Positions 18,112-28,243 of a stretch of 64,000 nt of DNA are shown piece after piece. A model generated the notes under the pieces. The model had not been told where the DNA came from, did not search any database, and saw only the letters and a list, made by a program, of their open reading frames with translations. The position numbers were made by a program, and so were the translations under genes. Location of the stretch: contig JBEKTP010000006.1 of the NCBI GenBank assembly GCA_049515915.1, forward strand, positions 4,865-68,864. Direction: 5' to 3'. Source of the stretch: Patescibacteria group bacterium. GTDB taxonomy: Bacteria; Patescibacteriota; UBA1384; UBA12157; JAENIV01. Each line of letters begins with the position of its first letter. Position 1 is the first letter of the stretch.

Positions 18112-18921
18112 TTACTCACCACTTTTCTGACCTTGATTTTTAATTAACTCTTCTTGGTCGTAGAGTCTTTCTCTTAAACTACAATTCGGACAATATTCCA
18201 GCTGTTTTAATTTCTCACCTGTAATTAACTGTTTCGCCTTGATTAGCAAGTTGTTGGTTAAATTCGGTTCAATCTCAAAAATTTTTGCGATAACGTTGAA
18301 ATCTAATTTGAATTTGTCATCGAAATCATTAATCGAATATGAAGTTTCCTCGGGTTTGTAACCAACGGGTTCGGTATAGACCAAAAATAACTTTGAGACC
18401 GGTTGAAAAATCCCAATCTTTTCAGCAATTTCCATATATGCGTGTAGCTGAGCTTTGTAGAGAGGCAACAAAGCGTCATGTGTGTCAGAGAAGCGAGCCG
18501 TTTTGTAGTCGCCTAAAGCATAAGAGCCGTCAGTTAGTTTGAATACAACATCCAGAGCCCCGGTCAATTTAATATCGTGTTCTGGAAAATAAGCATTAAA
18601 ATTTTGCCAACCTGGAGCGTTTTCGATAGACGCGATTTCAACACCCAAATCAGGAAACCAGCTTGGCATCTTTTTATTCTTTTCAAAATAGTCTTTTATG
18701 ACTTGTTTAGTATGAGAGTCTAAATTAGAAAAAACGCCCGGCATAGGCATTTGGAATGGAAGTCTCTTGCCGTCAATACTCGTCAATTGTTCTAGTTTAA
18801 TCTTTACTTTATAACAATCCGGGCAAACATCGGGCATTGCTAATTCAGCTAGAGTTTTACCAGACAACCTTATTGACATAAAAATCCTTTCTAATTTAGG
18901 AGCGCGGGCTGGCGTGGCCAT
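18112..18921 (-). CDS. PD-(D/E)XK nuclease, RecB/Cas4-like
   Basis: LTGALD..GDYKT..QLHAY, with CPDC and CPNC cysteine pairs. Confidence 0.8.
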   Translation of the reverse strand: MATPARAPKLERIFMSIRLSGKTLAELAMPDVCPDCYKVKIKLEQLTSIDGKRLPFQMPMPGVFSNLDSHTKQVIKDYFEKNKKMPSWFPDLGVEIASIENAPGWQNFNAYFPEHDIKLTGALDVVFKLTDGSYALGDYKTARFSDTHDALLPLYKAQLHAYMEIAEKIGIFQPVSKLFLVYTEPVGYKPEETSYSINDFDDKFKLDFNVIAKIFEIEPNLTNNLLIKAKQLITGEKLKQLEYCPNCSLRERLYDQEELIKNQGQKSGE

Positions 18922-18939
18922 CGCCAGCCCCCTCCCAGT

Positions 18940-19233
18940 TTAAATTTGTCCACAAGGAAAACTGAAAGAAGATCGGATGCTTTTTTCTATGATCCTACGT
19001 TTTTCCTGATCCACTTCCAGTAAGGCATACACAAAAATCTTTCGATGTGCATTTCTCAACCAACAATCTCTCCGTTCATGTTTCGCTATCCTAGTCTTAA
19101 GAGTATCAGTTTCGCCTACGTCTAGATTCTTTCCAAGATCGTCTACGATCAGGTAAACAGCTGCGACATCGTTGAAATCGATCCTATCAAGAGAGTATGG
19201 ACCCTCAAAATTGTAACCTGCAATTGTAATCAT
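18940..19233 (-). CDS. Small GIY-YIG-like protein
   Basis: AAVYLI..LDVGET..LKTRIAKH..IE pattern. Confidence 0.6.
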   Translation of the reverse strand: MITIAGYNFEGPYSLDRIDFNDVAAVYLIVDDLGKNLDVGETDTLKTRIAKHERRDCWLRNAHRKIFVYALLEVDQEKRRIIEKSIRSSFSFPCGQI

Positions 19234-19414
19234 TTTTTACTCCTGAACTATTTTTATAAAACCAGCTTTCCCCGATCGACACACCGTTCCCCTCCGCACC
19301 AACAGCCGGAGCTGATTTTTGACTTACGAAAATTATTTTTGCTATAATTAAAAAGCAAGAAGCGTAACTGGGCCGTCCAACCTTTTTACACTTCTTGCTT
19401 TTATTTTTAGACAT
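19205..19414 (-). CDS. Possible small hypothetical protein
   Basis: AAGGAGG RBS before ATG; overlaps the next gene start. Confidence 0.35.
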   Translation of the reverse strand: MSKNKSKKCKKVGRPSYASCFLIIAKIIFVSQKSAPAVGAEGNGVSIGESWFYKNSSGVKNDYNCRLQF

Positions 19415-19423
19415 AAATCCTCC

Positions 19424-19672
19424 TTACAAATTAAATTTTCTCTTTTCCTTTTTAGTAAACCTTAATCGCGCCGCGTCCATCTCTTCTTTGATGGTACTAA
19501 ATATCTTTTCAATATCCTTATCATCATAGTTATATGCTGATTTATTCGCACAGTGCGACAGTATTCTTAGACGATCGATAACAGATTGAGTCCTCGTTGT
19601 AGCTAATCTCAAAAATCTCTCTCTTTTTGCTTGAAGGGAAGTATCAAACTTTTTTTTGTCAGCATTTTCCAT
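19424..19672 (-). CDS. Small helical, probably DNA-binding protein
   Basis: KRERFLRLATTRT..LRILSHCAN..YNY..IEKIF; GAGG RBS before ATG at 19672. Confidence 0.7.
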   Translation of the reverse strand: MENADKKKFDTSLQAKRERFLRLATTRTQSVIDRLRILSHCANKSAYNYDDKDIEKIFSTIKEEMDAARLRFTKKEKRKFNL

Positions 19673-19825
19673 ATATATCCTCTTCATCATTATAGAACAA
19701 GGAAATGAATTTTTTCAAGAGTCATTTTCAAAGGATTCTTTCTGCTTACAAAAAATAGGCCTTCTATGCCTATTTTTCTCTTATCTGAATACCGGGATGG
19801 ATTTTTAGCTAAATCCCATGATGGT

Positions 19826-21352
19826 TTACCGATTTTCGAATAATCCTTTCTGATTATCAATTTCTTCCGCTTCGGCTTCTTTGTGGTGCGAATGATACCA
19901 ACCGGTTGGCAATTTCGGCTGTTTGCCTAAAAGTAGTTCATTGATAGTTAAAATTTGAATTTTGGGAAATTCAGTTGGCAAATATTCGACAGAAAAATCT
20001 CCTACGGCAAATGCTTCCTCTTTCATTGGTTGGGTTGGCTCATCGAGAGTTATAAAGACGCCGGCGTCGGCGCGCTCTCTCTCAATATCGCCTTTTAGTG
20101 TGGCAATATCACCACGATTGATATGCCCACTTTTAACTTGAACAATTGCCTTGCCGATTTCCTGACTGTCGTGATTCAGTTTCTTATAAAAAGTAATTAT
20201 TCCGTCAACGCCTTTGTCAGCGCCGCCCATATTTTCTTGGGTTTTGTTTTGCGCCGGCATAGCGTTGACTAAACTTAAAGCCCAATATTCAAATTCGAAA
20301 CGATTTTTTCGCGCCAATTCTTTAGCACCCGACAAATCTTTCGGCAAACCGTCAACATTGATTTTGATATTCTTATTGGCAAACTTATTTTGTAAGCGAG
20401 ATTTGATTAGGTTAATTGCAAGTGTAGTGATATCAATTCCTATCCATCTACGATTTAATTTCTCCGCCACCGCGACGGTTGTCCCACAACCGCAAAACGG
20501 ATCCAAAACCCAATCACCTTCATTCGAAGAAGCTTTTATAATCCGTTCTAATAACGCCTCGGGTTTTTGCGTCGGGTAGCCGAGACGTTCTTTTGCCGTC
20601 GAACCAATTGGTGGCATTTGCCAAACATCACCGATTTTTACACCTCTGTTTTCGTCTTCCAAATAAACTTTGTATCTTTTTCCCTTTACCGTGTGCCAGC
20701 GCCATCTTTTCCCTTGATCGTCAACATATCTATAATCTTTCTTGATCCAATCTCCGTAAGGTTCCCACTGACTGTTAAAAGTAAAGGTATCAGATTTCGA
20801 ATAAAAAAGAATGATGTCGTGAAGCCGCTGGAATCTACCAGAAGACGCTGTCCAGCGTCTGTAATGCCATACGATTTCATTCTGAATATTTTCTTTTCCA
20901 AAAATAACATCCATTACAATTTTTAAATAATGGCTGGCAGTTGGGTCGCAATGAAGATAAATAGAACCGGTGGATTTTAAAACGCGTTTTAATTCAATCA
21001 GACGAATGGTCATCATCGTTAAATAGGCCAAAATATCGTTTTTGCCAACCATTTTTTCGAATGCCAGCATCAAATCCGAGATATTTTGATTGATTTTGGT
21101 TTGAGAAGTTTTAACTCCGACTAATTCTGCAAAAACATGTTCGGCTTCGTGCGTCCAATGCCAAGAATCTTCAAACGCTTGCACTTGCGCCGGACTATCA
21201 ACTAAGCCTTCTTTATAAAGAATGTTGTAGTTTCGATTGGAATTAAACGGCGGATCGAGATAAATTAAATCGATTGATTCGCTGGGAATTTTTTCGCGAA
21301 GAATCTCTAAATTATCACCGAAATACAAGGTTCGGTTGGTTAATTCATTCAT
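19826..21352 (-). CDS. Beta-class amino DNA methyltransferase fused to a C-terminal Mrr-like restriction-endonuclease domain
   Basis: YLDPPF catalytic motif, YPTQKP, LDPFCGCGTT SAM motif; C-terminal GADKGVDG..IVQVKSG. Confidence 0.9.
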   Translation of the reverse strand: MNELTNRTLYFGDNLEILREKIPSESIDLIYLDPPFNSNRNYNILYKEGLVDSPAQVQAFEDSWHWTHEAEHVFAELVGVKTSQTKINQNISDLMLAFEKMVGKNDILAYLTMMTIRLIELKRVLKSTGSIYLHCDPTASHYLKIVMDVIFGKENIQNEIVWHYRRWTASSGRFQRLHDIILFYSKSDTFTFNSQWEPYGDWIKKDYRYVDDQGKRWRWHTVKGKRYKVYLEDENRGVKIGDVWQMPPIGSTAKERLGYPTQKPEALLERIIKASSNEGDWVLDPFCGCGTTVAVAEKLNRRWIGIDITTLAINLIKSRLQNKFANKNIKINVDGLPKDLSGAKELARKNRFEFEYWALSLVNAMPAQNKTQENMGGADKGVDGIITFYKKLNHDSQEIGKAIVQVKSGHINRGDIATLKGDIERERADAGVFITLDEPTQPMKEEAFAVGDFSVEYLPTEFPKIQILTINELLLGKQPKLPTGWYHSHHKEAEAEEIDNQKGLFENR

Positions 21353-21592
21353 TTTCCTCCTGACTGGTTTTTCCTTTCGCTTGGTTTTTGGTCATATTAA
21401 AAATATTAATTTAACTTCAGCTTAATTCTACCCCAGTACCAGAAGGATATCAATCTTTTGCTACGGGGCAGGCCCCAGTTAATTAAAAGAGTCCAGAGAA
21501 ACAATAGTACAAAGTAAAAAGTATATCGATACTGGCGATCAGTATTAAGAAAAGGATCAAAAAAAGAAAGCGCAAAAAGAACAAGACGAGTT

Positions 21593-24500
21593 CTAATAAT
21601 TAGCGGTAGAGATATAGTAAATAATCGTCTGATAAGTACTCGCACTTTGAGCCGTCGGCGCCACAACTTTGTAAGTTAATGTATAAATATCATCGGCGTT
21701 GCCGGTCGAGCCATTGACGGCCGCTTCGTGGTCGGCAACAATATCGCCGGGTGCAGTTTGGGAAAAAGCGCAAAATTTGGTTGAGCTTGTCCATTTATCC
21801 ACCCCGCCGATATCGGGGTCGTTTGAAGTATAACCAAAACCTGTCCCGCTCCAAATCGATGGCGAAGCATATGAACTGGCATAGTTAGGAATTGTTAATG
21901 CGCCGTTGACAATCGAAGTTAATAAACCGTTGGCATAAGCTCGAACCGAATATCCGCCGGCGGCGTTAGTGACAGTGTGGACGGCCGTCGTTTTGGTATC
22001 GGTCCAGAAATTGCCGGCGTTGAGATTGGAAAATGTCACGGTATTGGAATCAAGGGAAAATGATAAAGTCGGCACCACCTGCTGAGCAGAGGCGCTAACG
22101 GCATTTCCGATATTGCCGGCATTATCAAAAGCTTTCACGGAAAAATAATAGTTAATACTTGTTTGTAAATTTAAGCCGGTGGCCGTGGCGGAAGTTCCCG
22201 TGCCGTTGTCGGTCCAAGAGGCGATATCAGAACCGCCAGCGGTGGTACCAACCGCATATTGATATTTCAAAAGCCCCGAAACCGTCGCATCAAAACCGCT
22301 CCAGGTCGCACCAAGCTGCGTTAGCGAGCCGGTGTTAGCACTATTAGTAACGCTGCCGCCGGTCGGGGCGGTGGCGTCAACTTTGAGATCAACCGTTGCT
22401 TGAACTCCAAAATAAGCTGGACTAGCTGATGTTGCACCATGGTTATCAATTCCATAGACTCGCCACCAATAACCGGTCGACGAGTCTGACAAAGTCATCG
22501 AAGCAGAACCAACCGCATAGGTTCCGCCACTTTGGCCGACTTGATAAGCAAAAGTTGTGCCTGAAGAGGAAAGTGTACCGTAGGTGTAATCCAAAACCAA
22601 ATGAGTAAAGTTGGAATCTGTATTGTCGATTTGGATTTCATATTTAACAGTGTCGCCGGTATCGGGATCGGTAATATTGAAGCCGAACCAAGGTTGGTTA
22701 ACATTGGTCCAAGCACTCTCGGCAATATTATTGGCTCCGGAAGTTGTTCCCTGGGTTAAACTTGTTGGCGTATTGGGCGGATGGTTGGTCACAAACCAAT
22801 TGGTATTGTTGCCGTCGTCGGTATAATGAGTGGGATTAATGGGAGAAGCGGCTTGATTGTTAGAATTTGCCGGCGTAACGTAATCAACGCTCCAAGCTGT
22901 CGGATTAATATTCCATTGACTCGAGCCTGAACCGCCATTCCGCCCTAAGGTAATGAGTTGTCCTGAAGCACCAGTACAGGTCCAAGTTCCGGAAACGGTT
23001 GTGGTTGAACCGGAATCAAAATTGATTGTTCTTGCTGTCGTCGCCGTAGCTGTAAAATTGTAAAAAGATGTATTGCCTGAAACAATCTGGGTCGAACCGC
23101 CAGCGCCAGTAAAAGTCACCGTGCCGCCGGAATTATTGGTAAAGGTGCCAGAATTTATCCAGTTACCGGCTAAATCAATACTATATTTATTGGTCGCGTT
23201 ATTATTTAAAGTGGCGTTAGTATTACTAAGAGTCAAAGTGCCGGTCATAGCCGCCGAATTAGCGGCCGTTAAATTACCGGTCAAAGAATAAGTTGTTGTC
23301 GAAGTCGGCGTCAAAGTTAAATTATTGTAGGCGGCTGTCGTAATATTGGTTCCTGTGCCCGAGCCGGTATAAACTACCGTTGAGCTGGTCGTCGTCAATG
23401 TGCCTGATTTAGTAAAAGGTGTGCCGGTGCCGGCAATAGTCAAAGTTTTACTAGTAATGTCTAAAGTATTGTTAATATAAAGATTCAGCGTCGTTAATTT
23501 CATATTAGTTTGAGCTGAAATCGCCATGCCGGACGAACCGTTAATTGCCACTGTACCGAGATCTTGAAGACTGGCAGTGTTATCGTAAAAATTATCCGTG
23601 CCGGCAGGACCATCGAAAGTCGTGGTGCCGCCTTTGGTAAAAGTAGTTCCCGAAGCTAACGTAAAAGAGCCGGCGTAAGTTTGATTTTGACTATTGCAGT
23701 TATAGATACCAGTCTGAAGATTAAAAGCACCATTGGTATCAACTTGACCGGTAATGGTTGCCGTATTGCCGCCACCAACATTAATGGTTAAATTATTAAA
23801 ATTAGTGACGCCGATTTGCGGCGCGACGCCGGTAAAAATCACCGTACCGGTGGCGGTAAAAGTGCCAGCAGATTTAACCCATGTCGAAGCGCCGGTGCCA
23901 GTTACCGTAATCGTATTGCCGTTATCGGCCAGAGTTCCACCTGATCCGGTTTGATTGTATTGGCCAATCGAAATCGGCGTCGATGATGTCAGTGTCGTCG
24001 TGCCACTGGTAGAAGAATAATTTAATGCGCCCGTCACAGTAAAAGCAGCATTAGATGTCATAGTTGCCGTACCAGAAACAGTTAAGCTGCTGCCGATGGC
24101 AGTTACGCCAGTCATGGTTTTAGCACTGGTACCGCTTAAAGTCAGATTATAATAAGAAGTTGGATTGACTGTTTGAACTCCGCTAGCATTATAGTTGACC
24201 GTATTACTTGCAGCTGATGCGGTAAAAGTGGCCACGCCAATCGAACTGCCGCCAAAATTTAAAGTGCCGGTCGTGCCGTTGCCATCTGTCCAAGTGCTAC
24301 CCGACCCGCCGGAAGCAAGTGTTGTGCTGATAGTTACCGTGCCGCTATTGGTGACTGATGCGCCCGCACCAATGGTTGTATTTGGCATCGTCGTTGTTGT
24401 TGAACCGCTAATTGTTTTTCCTGAACCGGTAAAAGTATGAATGCCGGTAGAACTGGTCCAAGTAGTGGCGTTATTAGTTAAACTGCCACCAAAGTTAATA

Positions 24501-26410
24501 GGCTGGGCCGCCGATTCGTTCCACACAGTTCCCGAGTTGAGCGTCACATCCCCGGTAAATGTCGCACTCCCAGAAGCACTACTAAAAGTTATATTTAGAC
24601 TAATCGATAAGGTACCACCCACCGAAAAAACATAGGCGCCGTTGCTTAAGCCGCCGCTGGAGATTGTGAGGTTTCCGCTGACCGACAAATTGTTGCCAGT
24701 GGTAAGTGTTCCACCGTTAATAGTTAAAGTACCGGCAGTCATCGATGCCGCAGTCGTCGCCGTACAAGTGCCACTAACCGTGAAAGTGCCGCTAATCGTC
24801 GAAACATTAGTTAAAGTTTTGGCACCGCTAGATTGAATCTTTAGATTGTAATAAGTGATGCTGGGGAAAACTGTTTGGGCTCCGGCATAGCCGTAAACAA
24901 CAGTGTTACCGGAAGCCGAGGCAGTTAAAGTGGTGATGCCCATCGCGCCAGTAAAGTTATCGTTTAGTATTCCGGTACCAGCATTAGTCCAACCGCCGGA
25001 ACCAGTTAGTGAGCTAGTAAAAGTGGCTGTCCCGTTGTTAGTAACGGTCACACCGGATGCGACTGTCGCGACACCACTGGCGCTGATCGGAACTGTTGTC
25101 GAGGCTCCAGAAGTGGAAATACTAAAACCGCTGGTATTATTAAAGTTAACCGTCACAAAAGCTAAAGTCGCTGTGCTGGTACCGGTAATTGATGTTGCCG
25201 CCGGCGACGCGGGAGTATTGAAGTTGATGGTGCTGCCAGTAAACGTGATCGGGGTTGCCGCAGTCGTGTTAATTACCCAGTTTCCGTAAAAATTATGCGT
25301 GTAAGAACCAGCCGTAAAGGTTGCCGCGCCACCAATCGTAAAATTACCGTTAACTGTTAGAGCACCGCCCGCTGATTTTGCCCCTGCCGTGCCATTAATC
25401 TGCAAGTTCCAATAGGCCGGGGTGTTTGAAACGGTTTGAGTCGTGTTGGCCGCATAATTAACCGTCGTTCCGTTAGCGATATTTCTCGTCGCAAAGGCTG
25501 GCCAGGTGGTCGCTCCCCCCGTCCCTCCGAGGGTAAATGTTCCGGAAGTTAAGTTGAGAGTTCCCGTGTCGGTTATTTGATAGCCGCCATCGGCAAAAAT
25601 ACTGCTTGACGTCACATCACCAATGGTTAAAGTTACAATCGTCGCCGTGCTGGTTAAGGTCACCCCGGCCGGATTGTTTGATTTTAAAACATTATAGGTG
25701 GTATAACCTCTTGCTGTTTCGGCCGAGGTGCCCTTAAAATTCATGACGCTTCCGGTTGTTGTTGTCAATACTCCGGCGATCGAACCGGAGCCAAAGTTGC
25801 CCGTAAGATTGACTGTCCCGGCGCCAGAAAAAACCAACTGGGCATTACCGGTCGTGCCACCAAAAGTGATATCACTGGACGCCCCGCCTGCCGCCCCAAC
25901 GTTCAGTGTGCCGGTGCTGATGCTCACCTGGCCGACTCTTGAAGATGTACCACCGTTAATGGTCACGGTCCCGGCAGCTGACGCAGAGCCCGTACTTAAC
26001 GTATACGCACCAATAGCAACCGCCGTTCCGGAGCTGGAGGTTGGTGCGGTTATGGTTATTGTACCGATTGGATTAGTAACGCTCGCGGTCAGTGTGACAG
26101 TTATATTGGCATTAATAACAACGTTATCAAAGTTTGAGCTTGACCAACCGGGATAAGCGGAGGTATTACTTTCACAAGCACTTCCCCAAGTTGCCGGGGC
26201 GTTCCAGTTGCCGCTGACCGAGGCAGTACAAGTATAAGTGGTCGCTTGAGCTTTAAAAAACGAGGTAAAATTAATCAGTGAAAAAACGAGAATACCCAAA
26301 ACAACTAAGGCAATCGTGCCCCAAGTGAGCCGCGTTTTATTTTTCGGCTTACGAAAAGTCTCACGAACTCTTAAATAGATTCCGTCAATTTTTCTTATCG
26401 GATTAGACAT
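21593..26410 (-). CDS. Large Thr/Gly/Ser-rich surface protein (1605 aa): beta-strand repeats, FN3/Ig-like domains and a C-terminal domain shared with neighbours
   Basis: N-terminal TM/signal ending AQA; repeated TVxY..QT..YYNL..AKT units; YYFSVKAFDNAGN; C-terminus YQTIIYYISTANY. Confidence 0.85.
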   Translation of the reverse strand: MSNPIRKIDGIYLRVRETFRKPKNKTRLTWGTIALVVLGILVFSLINFTSFFKAQATTYTCTASVSGNWNAPATWGSACESNTSAYPGWSSSNFDNVVINANITVTLTASVTNPIGTITITAPTSSSGTAVAIGAYTLSTGSASAAGTVTINGGTSSRVGQVSISTGTLNVGAAGGASSDITFGGTTGNAQLVFSGAGTVNLTGNFGSGSIAGVLTTTTGSVMNFKGTSAETARGYTTYNVLKSNNPAGVTLTSTATIVTLTIGDVTSSSIFADGGYQITDTGTLNLTSGTFTLGGTGGATTWPAFATRNIANGTTVNYAANTTQTVSNTPAYWNLQINGTAGAKSAGGALTVNGNFTIGGAATFTAGSYTHNFYGNWVINTTAATPITFTGSTINFNTPASPAATSITGTSTATLAFVTVNFNNTSGFSISTSGASTTVPISASGVATVASGVTVTNNGTATFTSSLTGSGGWTNAGTGILNDNFTGAMGITTLTASASGNTVVYGYAGAQTVFPSITYYNLKIQSSGAKTLTNVSTISGTFTVSGTCTATTAASMTAGTLTINGGTLTTGNNLSVSGNLTISSGGLSNGAYVFSVGGTLSISLNITFSSASGSATFTGDVTLNSGTVWNESAAQPINFGGSLTNNATTWTSSTGIHTFTGSGKTISGSTTTTMPNTTIGAGASVTNSGTVTISTTLASGGSGSTWTDGNGTTGTLNFGGSSIGVATFTASAASNTVNYNASGVQTVNPTSYYNLTLSGTSAKTMTGVTAIGSSLTVSGTATMTSNAAFTVTGALNYSSTSGTTTLTSSTPISIGQYNQTGSGGTLADNGNTITVTGTGASTWVKSAGTFTATGTVIFTGVAPQIGVTNFNNLTINVGGGNTATITGQVDTNGAFNLQTGIYNCNSQNQTYAGSFTLASGTTFTKGGTTTFDGPAGTDNFYDNTASLQDLGTVAINGSSGMAISAQTNMKLTTLNLYINNTLDITSKTLTIAGTGTPFTKSGTLTTTSSTVVYTGSGTGTNITTAAYNNLTLTPTSTTTYSLTGNLTAANSAAMTGTLTLSNTNATLNNNATNKYSIDLAGNWINSGTFTNNSGGTVTFTGAGGSTQIVSGNTSFYNFTATATTARTINFDSGSTTTVSGTWTCTGASGQLITLGRNGGSGSSQWNINPTAWSVDYVTPANSNNQAASPINPTHYTDDGNNTNWFVTNHPPNTPTSLTQGTTSGANNIAESAWTNVNQPWFGFNITDPDTGDTVKYEIQIDNTDSNFTHLVLDYTYGTLSSSGTTFAYQVGQSGGTYAVGSASMTLSDSSTGYWWRVYGIDNHGATSASPAYFGVQATVDLKVDATAPTGGSVTNSANTGSLTQLGATWSGFDATVSGLLKYQYAVGTTAGGSDIASWTDNGTGTSATATGLNLQTSINYYFSVKAFDNAGNIGNAVSASAQQVVPTLSFSLDSNTVTFSNLNAGNFWTDTKTTAVHTVTNAAGGYSVRAYANGLLTSIVNGALTIPNYASSYASPSIWSGTGFGYTSNDPDIGGVDKWTSSTKFCAFSQTAPGDIVADHEAAVNGSTGNADDIYTLTYKVVAPTAQSASTYQTIIYYISTANY

Positions 26411-26483
26411 ATATCTATACCAAAGATAGGCAGAAATGTCTTAAAATATCTAAACTGCCTTTCTTATTTTTTTGTTTTCTATC

Positions 26484-27272
26484 TTAACTTTGCCGATTAT
26501 AATTGGGCGGAAACATTTTTTGTAAAAGCTTAACTTGTTCACCTTCCATCCAGCGCATTCTTCTTAAATTGAGAAAATTCAAAATAATAAACAGCGGACA
26601 AAGTAAAATCAGTAAAGTGGGCCAAGCCAAAACCCAGAAAGAAATTTGGATTTTGGTACCGGTATTAACCAACTTTTGGGCCGCAATTTGCGCACCTGAT
26701 AATCCTTCATCTATTTGCTGTTTGGGAGAGTATAAAGTAATTTCTTTACCCGTAATTGGATTGGTCATCCCGACCGTCACATTGGTGGGAAAAGGCGGCG
26801 GATCAAAAGTGACTTTAATTGGGTTGAGAGTCACTAAGGTGTCGGCGACCACCGTAAAAACCGCCTCGCCAGGGATAAAACTGGTTACCCGAAACTGAAC
26901 TTGGCCGTTTTGATCGGTGGTGTCTTTTTGCATATCGCTGATATCGGCCGCCTGAACTTTACCCGGCCCAAGTTTGCTAACGGCTTCAATAATATCAACT
27001 TGGCCGCGGTTTGAAGTGACCACGACCGAAATGTTAGGCATCGGATTACCGTCCGCATCCTTTAATGTAATAGTCAACAAAATTGAGTGGCTGGCCGGAT
27101 CGGATAAGGTTTCTTGAGTGTTGGTGTCAACTGATGACTGGATTTTGGAAACTTTAGAATCAACTACCGCCGAAACGTTCACCTCGGCGCTGCTTTGCGC
27201 CAAAACCTTCAAAGCAAAAACCATATTAAAAATCAAGAAGATTAAACTGAAAAAAATTATCTTTCTTGTCAT
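26484..27272 (-). CDS. Secreted Ig-like (Big_1/invasin-like) protein with C-terminal membrane anchor
   Basis: Signal peptide, ITLKDADGNP, TTDQNGQV, C-terminal TM. Confidence 0.75.
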   Translation of the reverse strand: MTRKIIFFSLIFLIFNMVFALKVLAQSSAEVNVSAVVDSKVSKIQSSVDTNTQETLSDPASHSILLTITLKDADGNPMPNISVVVTSNRGQVDIIEAVSKLGPGKVQAADISDMQKDTTDQNGQVQFRVTSFIPGEAVFTVVADTLVTLNPIKVTFDPPPFPTNVTVGMTNPITGKEITLYSPKQQIDEGLSGAQIAAQKLVNTGTKIQISFWVLAWPTLLILLCPLFIILNFLNLRRMRWMEGEQVKLLQKMFPPNYNRQS

Positions 27273-28243
27273 TGTAAAATTACTCTTTTTTTTCGATCAC
27301 TTCTTTTTTTCTTGGGTCTGATTAGAAAGAAGATAATCGCTGCGATAATTAGAACAATAATTGTAATGAGCCACCAAGGAATAATCCAAAAACTAAAACT
27401 GCCGGACAAAGGCTGATTACCGACACCGTAGGTCGCGGCTAAAGTAACATTAAATTTCCCGAACGAGTACCATTTGCCGGTAAATTTCAGTCCATCAAAC
27501 CGGCGAATGGAATTTGGCAAGACATTACCCTTCGTCGGATTAATATCTTGGGTGGACACCGTTTTACCCCAATTGGTCACCGTCGTTTGACCTTGAGGCG
27601 CAAAATGAACATTACCGGTGTTACCAATTCTTAAAGTAAAATTGACCGGCGGTTTGAGAAATAGATGACCTTCGCTTGAGAATTCAACAATACTGCCTTT
27701 TTCCACGATGTTACCCGAAACCGTGCCTAAAACCAAAGAGCCAACCATGCTGGCTAAGGCCACTTGGGTGGTTTCGCCGGTTGGCGAGGGCGGCTCGGAA
27801 GCAAACAAAACCGCTGCATAATGGCCGCCCGGTTCAGCATTAGCCGGTACAGTAATGGTATATTGAAATTCAATTTCTTGCTCCGGCGTCAAGGCCAGTT
27901 TCGTTTGGGAAAAACTAACCCAGGTCGCTAAGCCGTAAGTGGCATCTTGATTCGGACTTTCAATCGCCGGTACGCCAGTTTCACCTGAAGCCGTAAAATT
28001 TCTCGCGACCGGATAAACTGTGACCAGATCTTTAGTCGGATTATTAAGTTTAATTGTTTCTTTGTAAGTTTTTCCGGGATCAAAATTTAGTTCGGCAATC
28101 GGCGGTGAAATAGTTAATCCCTCGCCAGTTTGGGCCAAGGCCGGCGGCGAGGAAATAAGTAGATATGACGATGAGAAAATAAGGGCGATAAAGATATAAA
28201 ATTTTTTCAAAATTCTCCTTTTTTTAAAAATTCGCGGTCGCAA
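27269..28243 (-). CDS. DUF916/CscA-like cell-surface protein with C-terminal TM
   Basis: GLTISPP, ITVPANAEPGGHY, NTGNVH, VLPNSIR, FWIIPWW plus basic tail. Confidence 0.75.
   Translation of the reverse strand: MRPRIFKKRRILKKFYIFIALIFSSSYLLISSPPALAQTGEGLTISPPIAELNFDPGKTYKETIKLNNPTKDLVTVYPVARNFTASGETGVPAIESPNQDATYGLATWVSFSQTKLALTPEQEIEFQYTITVPANAEPGGHYAAVLFASEPPSPTGETTQVALASMVGSLVLGTVSGNIVEKGSIVEFSSEGHLFLKPPVNFTLRIGNTGNVHFAPQGQTTVTNWGKTVSTQDINPTKGNVLPNSIRRFDGLKFTGKWYSFGKFNVTLAATYGVGNQPLSGSFSFWIIPWWLITIIVLIIAAIIFFLIRPKKKRSDRKKRVILQ

Noticed and set aside
21406-21666. 86-aa ORF overlapping the adhesin 3' end
   Set aside because: Overlaps a real gene, has no clear RBS and no motifs.
22611-26156. 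Plus-strand Val/Pro-rich ORFs
   Set aside because: Antisense shadows of the Thr/Gly/Asn-rich adhesin.
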